DNA of 23,763 nucleotides from Candidatus Aenigmatarchaeota archaeon. Lineage in GTDB: Archaea > Aenigmatarchaeota > Aenigmatarchaeia > CG10238-14 > SpSt-28. The stretch spans positions 1 to 23,763 of the forward strand of contig JAWBMD010000015.1 of assembly GCA_039000985.1 (NCBI GenBank). Direction: 5' to 3'. The position numbers were made by a program, and so were the translations under genes. The notes beneath the pieces are model-generated. The model was not told where the DNA came from. It ran no database searches and saw nothing but the letters and a program-made list of their open reading frames with translations. How positions within the stretch are numbered: position 1 is the stretch's first letter; each line of letters opens with the position of its first letter. This document shows, in pieces, positions 8,274 to 16,340 of this stretch.

Positions 8274-8564
8274 ATGCCAATTAGTACTGCCCCATACAAA
8301 AGAACATATGAACATACAAAAGCAAGAGGTAGGGAATATACTATAAACTGTGGAGTTTGTGGTAGATTGGTTCCAAAATATAAAACTTTTGTGATGAATA
8401 GAGGTATTAGTATTAATGATCCCTTTATCTCATCTTCATTACAAGAAAAAAAATTTTTAGATATTTTCGCATTTAGAAAAGTTAGGCTTTGTCCTTCTTG
8501 TGCAAGATTCCATGGAATAAAGCAACCAGGTAAAGCTGTTAGAAAAAAACATTTAGAAATTTAA
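8274..8564 (+). CDS. rps26e: Ribosomal protein eS26 (S26e)
   Basis: RG...CGVCGRLVPKYK...DP...LCPSCARFHGI matches the S26e zinc-binding pattern CxxCGRxVPxDK...CxxCAxxxGI. Confidence 0.78.
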   Translation: MPISTAPYKRTYEHTKARGREYTINCGVCGRLVPKYKTFVMNRGISINDPFISSSLQEKKFLDIFAFRKVRLCPSCARFHGIKQPGKAVRKKHLEI

Positions 8565-10214
8565 AGCTTTTTTAACATCTTCCGCATCACATTTTAATCT
8601 AGCTTCTTTCATCACTACAGAAAATATTTTTCTTTTATCAGAAATTTTTGTCTTTCTAATTATTTCCTCAACAAAAGACTTAACTTCATCAAAACTCATT
8701 TTTCTTAAATTTAATTCATTTATAGCTTCTATAACACTCTTTTTTTTAGTAATGCTATACTTAACTATTTCTGGCAAAGCTTCTTTTACAATTAATCCCT
8801 TATCTAAACTATCAAAAAGCTCTATAAAATATTCTCTACTTAAAACATCAATATTTAAATTCCCTCTTCTTTTCAAATCCTTTAGAACAGAAACAAAAAA
8901 ATTTGCAACAACATTTTTATTCAAATTTTTAAACTTTTCTATAATCTCTTCAAACAAATCTAAATATTTAGATTTAATTATTTGCTCGACAATATCTTTA
9001 CTCATACCAAAAGATAAAAACTTTTTTTCTTTCTCTAAAAAAGTTTCTGGTAAACTTTTTAGTATTTCATTCTTTATCTCATCGCTTATGTAAATAACTG
9101 GAATATCTGTTTCTGGATACATTCTTGCAGCTGTTGGTAATGGTCTTAAAAATCTTGTATTACCATTTTCATCAGAAGCTCTTACTTCGCTTTCTCTTTT
9201 AATTAGCATGTTTATTCTATCAATTAAAAATTCAAGAAGTTTTTTATCTTTTCCTAATAAAATGCAATCATTTTTATCAAATTCTATTTTTAAGTCAGAG
9301 CTCTTATAACCAAAACTTTCTATTGAAGTTAATAACTCGTTTTTAAATACATCATTTTTAAACAAATTAGAAAAGTTATTTAATCTAACTGCAAAGTAAT
9401 TTTCGTGCAAATAAATATTTTTTTCTATTGTTTCATTTGGTAATATAGAATTTAAAATGTTTTGTCTATTTATTTCATTCTCTATAACTTTTTTTATTAA
9501 ACTCAACTCCTGAATACCTTTTATTTCAATTCTTTTAAAATATTCTGTAGAAATATTAACATCTTGCCTTATAGAGCCTAAAACATTTTTAACCTTTTTT
9601 GTAGAAAAACAAATATTTCCTATAATAGAAGCTATTTCAACTATTTCATCTGGAGAAAAATTTTCAATTATAGAAGTGGATATTTCAACTAATGGTATAC
9701 CCAATCTATTTAATTTATAAACAACTTTATCGCTTGTTATTTCTTTTAAAGAAGCTGCATCCTCCTCCAATGTAACTTGTTTTATTTCTATTTTTTTATC
9801 TTTAAAATAAAAATATCCATTCAAACCAACAACTAAAGTTCTTTGAAAGCCAGATACATTACTACCATCTGTAACTATTTTTCTCATAACATGTAGTTCT
9901 CTAGGTATAAAACAATTGAAAAGCGTGGCTATTTGCAAAGCTATTTCTAAAGCTTCTTTATTTATTGGATGTGGTGGTTCTTCATCCGTCTCTACCTCGC
10001 AGCTTTCTTCATCAAAAACTTCATAAACAAAAATTCTATCTCTTAAAAACTCATATTTTGTAGCTATATCTACCTCCATTAATTCACTTTCAACTGGATG
10101 CAACTTTCTTGTTACAATTTTTATAGGATTTTTTTCTTTGAGAGAAGTTCTACAATTACAAAACAATTTTTTATCAACATCTAACTGAAAATGTATCTCT
10201 AAACCAATCTTCAC
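8553..10214 (-). CDS. gatE: Glu-tRNA(Gln) amidotransferase subunit E
   Basis: KIGLEIHFQL..KLFC.C, DEEPPH, MRKIVTDGSNVSGFQRT, LEEDAA, RLGIPLVEI, GSIRQDVNIS, FLRPLPTAARMYPETDIP. GTG start. Confidence 0.95.
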   Translation of the reverse strand: MKIGLEIHFQLDVDKKLFCNCRTSLKEKNPIKIVTRKLHPVESELMEVDIATKYEFLRDRIFVYEVFDEESCEVETDEEPPHPINKEALEIALQIATLFNCFIPRELHVMRKIVTDGSNVSGFQRTLVVGLNGYFYFKDKKIEIKQVTLEEDAASLKEITSDKVVYKLNRLGIPLVEISTSIIENFSPDEIVEIASIIGNICFSTKKVKNVLGSIRQDVNISTEYFKRIEIKGIQELSLIKKVIENEINRQNILNSILPNETIEKNIYLHENYFAVRLNNFSNLFKNDVFKNELLTSIESFGYKSSDLKIEFDKNDCILLGKDKKLLEFLIDRINMLIKRESEVRASDENGNTRFLRPLPTAARMYPETDIPVIYISDEIKNEILKSLPETFLEKEKKFLSFGMSKDIVEQIIKSKYLDLFEEIIEKFKNLNKNVVANFFVSVLKDLKRRGNLNIDVLSREYFIELFDSLDKGLIVKEALPEIVKYSITKKKSVIEAINELNLRKMSFDEVKSFVEEIIRKTKISDKRKIFSVVMKEARLKCDAEDVKKALNF

Positions 10215-10218
10215 AAAA

Positions 10219-10617
10219 TTAAACCCTTCTTCCCCTCCTTCCTCCTTTTGGTCTTATATAACCATGTGGAATTGGAGTTGCATCCTCAATACTTAATATT
10301 TTTAAACCACTTTTTACCAATGTTTGCAAAGCAACAATAGCAGCTTGTGATGGAGGTATTTTTTTAATACCACCTTCCCCTATTAACTTAACATTCAATG
10401 CAGTTATACCTTTATCCAATGCATCTTCAGCAGCTTTTTTGGCTGCAAGCATTGCTGGATAAGGAGATCCACCTTCCCTATCTTTATCAGTCATCATTCC
10501 ACTAGTATATCTGGCAATTGTTTCACTACCAGTAATATCTGTTATGTGAACAAAAGTAGAATTTCTAGTAGATCTTATAATTGCAACTCCAATTTTTTCT
10601 GCTTTCTTTTCTTCCAT
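10219..10617 (-). CDS. rps11: Ribosomal protein uS11
   Basis: HITDITGSETI...SGM...DREGGSPYPAMLAA...IEDATPIPH...KGGRRGRRV. Confidence 0.96.
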   Translation of the reverse strand: MEEKKAEKIGVAIIRSTRNSTFVHITDITGSETIARYTSGMMTDKDREGGSPYPAMLAAKKAAEDALDKGITALNVKLIGEGGIKKIPPSQAAIVALQTLVKSGLKILSIEDATPIPHGYIRPKGGRRGRRV

Positions 10618-10621
10618 AAAA

Positions 10622-11092
10622 TTATTTCTTTTTCTTTTTTAATTTAACTTCTAATAAAGCTTCCTCTTTTATAAAATCTTTCAATATTTCTTTAAATTCA
10701 TCACTAGAAATTTTTCCTTTTAAAAATTTTTCCTTTATTGCTAAAATTGCCTCCTTTATTTCATTGTATTTTTTTAAATATGTCTGCTGCTCCAATACCT
10801 TTCTAACAATAATAGAAACTAAACCATATGTTATTAATAAAGAAGAGAGTAAAACAAAAGAAATCCTTAAAATAAAATAAATACTTTCATCTATAATCAT
10901 TAGGTTTTTCGCTATTACAGCTAATTGTAGAAAAGAAAGTAGTAAAACACCAGCAAATACTGAAAACCAATCTGCTGTTATTTTATCTTCTTCCTGCTTT
11001 CTACCAAAATAGCTTATAAAAACAGCTAAAGAAAAAACAGAATAAAAAATGATGAAATCTGTACCGATTTGTAATGGAGTTGTTACTGCCAT
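10622..11092 (-). CDS. Hypothetical membrane protein (3 TM) with a SHOCT-like C-terminal helix pair
   Basis: Three hydrophobic segments, then a charged tail containing KFLKGKISSDEFKEI. Confidence 0.65.
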   Translation of the reverse strand: MAVTTPLQIGTDFIIFYSVFSLAVFISYFGRKQEEDKITADWFSVFAGVLLLSFLQLAVIAKNLMIIDESIYFILRISFVLLSSLLITYGLVSIIVRKVLEQQTYLKKYNEIKEAILAIKEKFLKGKISSDEFKEILKDFIKEEALLEVKLKKKKK

Positions 11093-11874
11093 AATAAAGC
11101 TTTAACTAAATCAGTTTTAGTTATAATGCCAAATAATTTTCCATTATCAAAAACTGGCATACCACTTATATTATTTTTTAACATTTTTTCAACAACATTA
11201 CCGATAGTATCTTCAACATTAGCTATTATTAAATCCCTACTCATAAAATCTTTAACTTTCAAAAATTTCATTCTCTTATCCATTTTCTTGCTTTCTACCA
11301 TTTTCCTAAAATTATTCATCGCTATCGATACATCTCCTTCAGTTATTATTCCAACAACTCTTTCACCATCAACCACAATTAATCTTTTTATATTATTTTT
11401 TAGCATTAGCTCTTTTGCATGCAATAAGCTATTATTTAGATTTACTGTAATCACTTTTTTATTCACAAAATCTTTTATTTTTCTTTTATCATTTAATAGA
11501 GTTTTAACTAAATCAGTTTTAGTAACTAAACCAATTACATTATTATAATTATCAACAACTACCAAACTACTTATATCATTTTCAAGCATAATTTCTGATG
11601 CTTTTTTTATATCTTCATCTTTATTTATTTTAACAATATTTTTTACATAACAACTTGAAACCCTTATTCTACTACTAGATAACTTTCTTTCGAAATAATC
11701 ACATAACCTTTGACAAACGTCTCTAATTGTTAATATACCAACAAATTCTCCAGAACTATTTTTAACCAAAAGTCTAGAAACTCTTTTTTTCTCCATTAAA
11801 CGCAAAACATCTATTAAATTAGAATCTGTACTTACATACAAAATTTCCTTTGAACAAATATCTTCAACTTTCAC
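11083..11874 (-). CDS. CBS-domain protein (four CBS repeats)
   Basis: Four repeats ending GILTIRDV, GLVTKTDL, GIITEGDV and GIITKTDL. Confidence 0.92.
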   Translation of the reverse strand: MKVEDICSKEILYVSTDSNLIDVLRLMEKKRVSRLLVKNSSGEFVGILTIRDVCQRLCDYFERKLSSSRIRVSSCYVKNIVKINKDEDIKKASEIMLENDISSLVVVDNYNNVIGLVTKTDLVKTLLNDKRKIKDFVNKKVITVNLNNSLLHAKELMLKNNIKRLIVVDGERVVGIITEGDVSIAMNNFRKMVESKKMDKRMKFLKVKDFMSRDLIIANVEDTIGNVVEKMLKNNISGMPVFDNGKLFGIITKTDLVKALLWQ

Positions 11875-12565
11875 CTTCTAAATTTTTATAAACATTTTTT
11901 ATATCTAATACATATCCTTCTTCTGTTACACAAGTTAAAAGTTTTTTTCTAAGCATTAATGAAATACATTTCGATAATGTATAATTTTTACTAATAACAT
12001 TGTTAAATTTTATTAATTCTTTAACGGAATCTATTTTTTCTTTTTTTACTATTTCTCTTATTTTAATTTCTCTTTCCTCTCTACCAACTTCCTTTTTTTC
12101 AAACAATTTCTTTATGTTAATTATAGCCAAAACAAAAAGTTCTTCTGGCAAAAGCGAGACAAATGGTTTTTTATTTTCTAAAAACACTATTGGTGCATTA
12201 ACTTTCATCGTTTTTCTTAAAACTTTTTTTATTTGATCATCTAAATTAAATTCGATAACATCTTTTACAAGAAATTTTTTTATGGATACATTATATTTTT
12301 TATAGTTATCCATAACATCAAAAAATGTTAAATAATTTTCATCAATATTAAAAAAAAACTCTGTTTCCTTACTTAAAAAGAAGCTTGCTGAAAATCCAAA
12401 TATATCTTTATATTTAAAAAACTTTTTAATTACATCTCTTGCTTTTAAAAAACCTACCAAATTTTTATCTAAATCAAAAACTAATAACTCTGGATATTTA
12501 AACTTAAAGAAAGCATTAATAATATTTTCAAAAGTAGCAAAGTGAAAAATTTGTGGTTCTACCAT
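11864..12565 (-). CDS. Divergent CBS-domain-like protein
   Basis: Residual motifs LVFDLDKNLVGFLKARDV and TLSKCISLML; tandem with an intact CBS gene. Confidence 0.6.
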   Translation of the reverse strand: MVEPQIFHFATFENIINAFFKFKYPELLVFDLDKNLVGFLKARDVIKKFFKYKDIFGFSASFFLSKETEFFFNIDENYLTFFDVMDNYKKYNVSIKKFLVKDVIEFNLDDQIKKVLRKTMKVNAPIVFLENKKPFVSLLPEELFVLAIINIKKLFEKKEVGREEREIKIREIVKKEKIDSVKELIKFNNVISKNYTLSKCISLMLRKKLLTCVTEEGYVLDIKNVYKNLEGES

Positions 12566-12592
12566 AAATTAATTTAAACAAAAAATTAAATA

Positions 12593-12994
12593 ATGGTAAG
12601 CTTTCAAAAAAGGCTTGCAGCAAAGATATTGAAAGTTGGAATAGACAAAGTATTTATTGATAGCTCTAAAATTGAAGATGTTAAAAAAGCTGTAACGAGG
12701 AAGGATATTAAAAACTTAATAAAAAAAGGTTATATAAAAAAGTTACCAGAAAAAGTAAGCTTTCCTTATAAAAAAGAAGTTAAAAGAGTAAAAAAGGGTA
12801 GTAGCATGAAAGAAAAAACAAAATGGGTTAGAACTGTTAGAGCTCTTAGAACATATTTAAAGGAATTAAAAGAAAGTGGAAAAATAGAAAAAAACGATTA
12901 CAAAAAAGTTTATAGATGGATAAAAGGTGGTATGTTTAGAAGTAGAGCGCATATGAAAATATTTTTAGAGCAAAGAGGTATAATTAAAAAATAA
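12593..12994 (+). CDS. rpl19e: Ribosomal protein eL19 (L19e)
   Basis: QKRLAAKILKVG..KVFID, AVTRKDIKNLI, WVRTVRALR, KGGMFRSRAH. Confidence 0.95.
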   Translation: MVSFQKRLAAKILKVGIDKVFIDSSKIEDVKKAVTRKDIKNLIKKGYIKKLPEKVSFPYKKEVKRVKKGSSMKEKTKWVRTVRALRTYLKELKESGKIEKNDYKKVYRWIKGGMFRSRAHMKIFLEQRGIIKK

Positions 12995-13482
12995 TGTTGA
13001 AGAGAAGAAAATTATATATAACAAACTATAGGAAAAGATTAAAACTTCTTTTATCGAGAAAACCAAGACTTGTTGTTAGAAAAACTAATAGATATATAAT
13101 TGCTCATATTGTTACCTATGACTATGAAAATCATAAAGATAATACAATAGCTTATGTAACTAGCAAAAAGCTTAAGGAATTTGGATTAAATTCTTTTTCT
13201 ATGAAAAACATTCCAATAAGCTATTTAACAGGTTATTTAATTGGAAAAATTGCCCTTTCAAAAAATATAAAAGAAGCTATTTTAGATGCTGGAGTTTATA
13301 GACTTACAAAGGGTTGTAGAATATATGCAGTATTAAAAGGGGCAATAGATGCTGGATTAAAAATTCCACACGATCCAAAAATTTTACCGGGTGAAGAGAG
13401 ATTGCTTGGAAAGCATATAAAGAAGTTTGATAGTAGAATTATAGAAAAAATAAAGGAAAGTATAAATTTAAAATATGGCTGA
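12994..13482 (+). CDS. rpl18: Ribosomal protein uL18
   Basis: TNYRKRLKLLLSRKPRLVVRKTN, N.P.SYLTG, AILDAG, AVLKGAIDAGLKIPH. Confidence 0.95.
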   Translation: MLKRRKLYITNYRKRLKLLLSRKPRLVVRKTNRYIIAHIVTYDYENHKDNTIAYVTSKKLKEFGLNSFSMKNIPISYLTGYLIGKIALSKNIKEAILDAGVYRLTKGCRIYAVLKGAIDAGLKIPHDPKILPGEERLLGKHIKKFDSRIIEKIKESINLKYG

Positions 13483-14137
13483 AGAAATAACTCAACAGCA
13501 AATAGAATGGATACCAAAAACCTCAATTGGAAAAGCTGTTTTAAATGGTGAAATAAAAAGCATAGATTATATTTTGGAAAATAAGATAGCTATAAAAGAG
13601 CCGGAAATTGTAGATTTTTTGGTTAAAGACCTAAAGGTAGAAATAATTAATATTGGAAAAAGGGGTGGTAAGGGGGGTGGTACTCAAAGAATTCCTGTTA
13701 GATCTACAGCAAAAGTAACTGCTTCTGGAAAAAGAATAAGGTATAGTATAATGGTGGTAGTTGGAAATGAAAATGGTATAGTTGGTGTTGGTAGGGGGAA
13801 ATCAAAAGAAACTAGAAAAGCATATCAGATGGCTTTGAGAAGAGCTAAAATGAATATAATTAAAGTTTGGAGAGGATGTGGAAGCTGGGAATGTAGCTGT
13901 AATGAACCGCATTCAATTCCATATAAAACATATGGAAGTTCTGGATCAGTTAAAGTAATTTTATACCCAGCACCTAGAGGAGTTGGCCTGGTTTGTGACG
14001 ATGAAAGCAAAAAAGTTTTAAAATTAGCTGGTTTAAAAGATGTTTGGGTAAAAACTTTTGGAAATACAGCAATGAGAATAAATTTGGCATATGCTTTAAT
14101 AGATGCTTTGAAAAACTTATACGAATATAAAATTTGA
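13475..14137 (+). CDS. rps5: Ribosomal protein uS5
   Basis: WIPKTSIGK, EPEIVD, VVGNENGIVGVG, RGCGSWECSC..PHSIP, PAPRGVGL, LAGLKDVW. Confidence 0.96.
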   Translation: MAEEITQQQIEWIPKTSIGKAVLNGEIKSIDYILENKIAIKEPEIVDFLVKDLKVEIINIGKRGGKGGGTQRIPVRSTAKVTASGKRIRYSIMVVVGNENGIVGVGRGKSKETRKAYQMALRRAKMNIIKVWRGCGSWECSCNEPHSIPYKTYGSSGSVKVILYPAPRGVGLVCDDESKKVLKLAGLKDVWVKTFGNTAMRINLAYALIDALKNLYEYKI

Positions 14138-14886
14138 TGAAAAATCTTGCTTACAAATTAAATGAAGAAATAGAAATAGTTTATAAATCAATTTTTATAA
14201 AAACTTTAAATGCTATTGTAATTTCTGACTTACAAATTGGAGAAGAACTTTATTTATTAAAAGAAAGAGGAATTGCTATACCACAATTTCAATTAAAAGA
14301 AATGGAAGAAACAATTAAAAAAATAGCAAGCTATTCAAAAGCAAAAAAACTTATAATAAATGGTGATTTGAAGCATGAATTTGGTGAAGCATCTGAGCAA
14401 GAATGGAGAGAAGTAATAGATTTTATAAATTTTTCAAAAAAACTTTTTGAAGAAATAATAGTTGTTAGAGGTAATCATGATAACTATCTTTTAAACATAA
14501 TTTCAAAATTACCAGTAAAATTTTACCAGCCATATTTTAAAGAAAAGTATTTTTTATTTACACATGGTCACTTAAAAATTAAAGTTGAGAAAGAAAAATA
14601 TTTAATAATAGGGCATGAGGAGCCATGTCTATCATTAAAAGAAAAATTCACAAAAGTAAAATTTCCTTGCTTGCTATTTGGTAATTATAACAAAAAAACA
14701 AAAATAATATGCTTGCCAGCTTTTTCCCCAATTTCTAGTGGTACTGAAATAAATATAGTAGAAAAGGATGAATTACTAAGCCCTTTACTAAAAGAATCTG
14801 ATTTTTACAATTTGGAAGTTTATGTTATAGAAAAAGATGCTGGCATTGTAAAATTTCCAAAACTAAAATTTTTATATAGCTTCTAA
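14134..14886 (+). CDS. Calcineurin-like metallophosphoesterase (COG1407/PdeM-MPE-like); the start is probably the ATG at 14137
   Basis: SDLQIG, NGDLKHEF, GNHD, HGH, GHEEP, LPAFSP. Confidence 0.85.
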   Translation: MMKNLAYKLNEEIEIVYKSIFIKTLNAIVISDLQIGEELYLLKERGIAIPQFQLKEMEETIKKIASYSKAKKLIINGDLKHEFGEASEQEWREVIDFINFSKKLFEEIIVVRGNHDNYLLNIISKLPVKFYQPYFKEKYFLFTHGHLKIKVEKEKYLIIGHEEPCLSLKEKFTKVKFPCLLFGNYNKKTKIICLPAFSPISSGTEINIVEKDELLSPLLKESDFYNLEVYVIEKDAGIVKFPKLKFLYSF

Positions 14887-16017
14887 AACATTGCAATAAA
14901 CCCTTATATGCTCTTTAACAGATTTTTCCCATGTGAATTTTTTTGTATATTTTGATCCTTCTTTTCCCATTTTTTTAGCTTTTTTCTTATTTATTAATAA
15001 TTCTATTATAGCTTCTGCTAAAGCTTTTGAATCCATAGGAGGAACTAAAATTCCTGTTTTTCCATTTATTATTATTTCAGGAATGCTTCCAACATTTGTT
15101 GCAACCACAGCTTTTCCACATCTTGATGCTTCTGCATACATGAATCCAAATCCTTCTGTTAAAGAAGCACCAACAACAATATCGCAAGCAGCATAAAATT
15201 TTGGAATTTCTTTATATGGTTTATAACCAATATAAATTATATTTTTTTCTAAATTAAGTTTTTTTATAAATGGTTCTATTTTTTCAAATCCAGTTCCCAT
15301 TAATAAAAGAATTGAGTTTTCAATTTCATTAACAACATATTTTGTTGCTTTTAATAAATATAACATTCCTTTTTGACCATAATCATATAATCTTCCACAA
15401 TAACCAAAAACATGTTTATCTTCTAAATTTAATTCTTTTCTTAATTCACTTTTTATATTTGGTTTGAAAATTTGGTCTATTCCATGATATATAACACTAA
15501 TTTTTTCTTCAAAGGAACCTGCATCAATTAATGCTTTTTTAGAAAATAAAGATGGGCAAATAAACCAATCATATGGGCATTTTGCTATATAATTTTCTAT
15601 TTTTGGATAAATTTTTTTTGAGAAAATATTAACTCTCATGTAATTCCAATAATCTCTAAAAAATTCATGACAAAAAAGTATTGTTGGTTTTTTTAATAAT
15701 TTTCCTATTAGCCAAGCTGTAATGCTTGCTGGATATGTTGTTGCTTGTATTAAATCAACATCTTTAAAAACTTTATTTTTTAAGAAAGATAAAAATGGGA
15801 AAATGAATCTGCCTTTCATGAAATCTTTTGTAAAAATTGGTAGTCTATAAATTTTAATTCCATTATAAATTTCAAAAGATTTTGTATTTGGCAATTTTGT
15901 AGTTAAATGAACAACTTCTATTCCTTTCTTTACTAATCTTGTTTCTAAATTGACTAAATATGCTTCATTACCACCTACATAAGGATAAAACAAATCCGTA
16001 AAAAATCCTATTTTCAT
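14872..16017 (-). CDS. Glycosyltransferase family 4 (GT-B), 381 aa
   Basis: Start re-assigned to [16 protein letters not shown] at 16017. Motifs YHGID, GRL...[34 protein letters not shown]. Confidence 0.92.
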   Translation of the reverse strand: MKIGFFTDLFYPYVGGNEAYLVNLETRLVKKGIEVVHLTTKLPNTKSFEIYNGIKIYRLPIFTKDFMKGRFIFPFLSFLKNKVFKDVDLIQATTYPASITAWLIGKLLKKPTILFCHEFFRDYWNYMRVNIFSKKIYPKIENYIAKCPYDWFICPSLFSKKALIDAGSFEEKISVIYHGIDQIFKPNIKSELRKELNLEDKHVFGYCGRLYDYGQKGMLYLLKATKYVVNEIENSILLLMGTGFEKIEPFIKKLNLEKNIIYIGYKPYKEIPKFYAACDIVVGASLTEGFGFMYAEASRCGKAVVATNVGSIPEIIINGKTGILVPPMDSKALAEAIIELLINKKKAKKMGKEGSKYTKKFTWEKSVKEHIRVYCNVLEAI

Positions 16018-16048
16018 ATATTTAAATTTCCAACTTAAAGCTTTTATT

Positions 16049-16333
16049 ATGAAGTTTCCACAAACAATTAGAACATATTGTGTATATTGTAAAAAGCATA
16101 CAATACATATAGTTGAAATATCTAAAAAAAGACCAAGGAGAACTTTAGCAGAAGGACAAAGAAGATTTTTAAGAAAAATGAAAGGATATGGTAGCTTCCC
16201 TAAGGAAAATCCAAAAGGAAGAGAAAAGCCAACTAAAAAAGTTGATTTACGATTCAAATGTAAAGAATGTGGTAAAAAGCATAGCAGGGGGGAGGGATTT
16301 AGAGTTAAAAAATTTAATATAGTTAAACAATAA
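16049..16333 (+). CDS. rpl44e: Ribosomal protein eL42 (L44e)
   Basis: [37 protein letters not shown]. Confidence 0.96.
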   Translation: MKFPQTIRTYCVYCKKHTIHIVEISKKRPRRTLAEGQRRFLRKMKGYGSFPKENPKGREKPTKKVDLRFKCKECGKKHSRGEGFRVKKFNIVKQ

Positions 16334-16340
16334 GTTTTTT

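Noticed and set aside
13661..13680. G-rich tract AGGGGTGGTAAGGGGGGTGG as a possible G-quadruplex or repeat
   Set aside because: It is fully explained by the RGGKGGG coding sequence of uS5.
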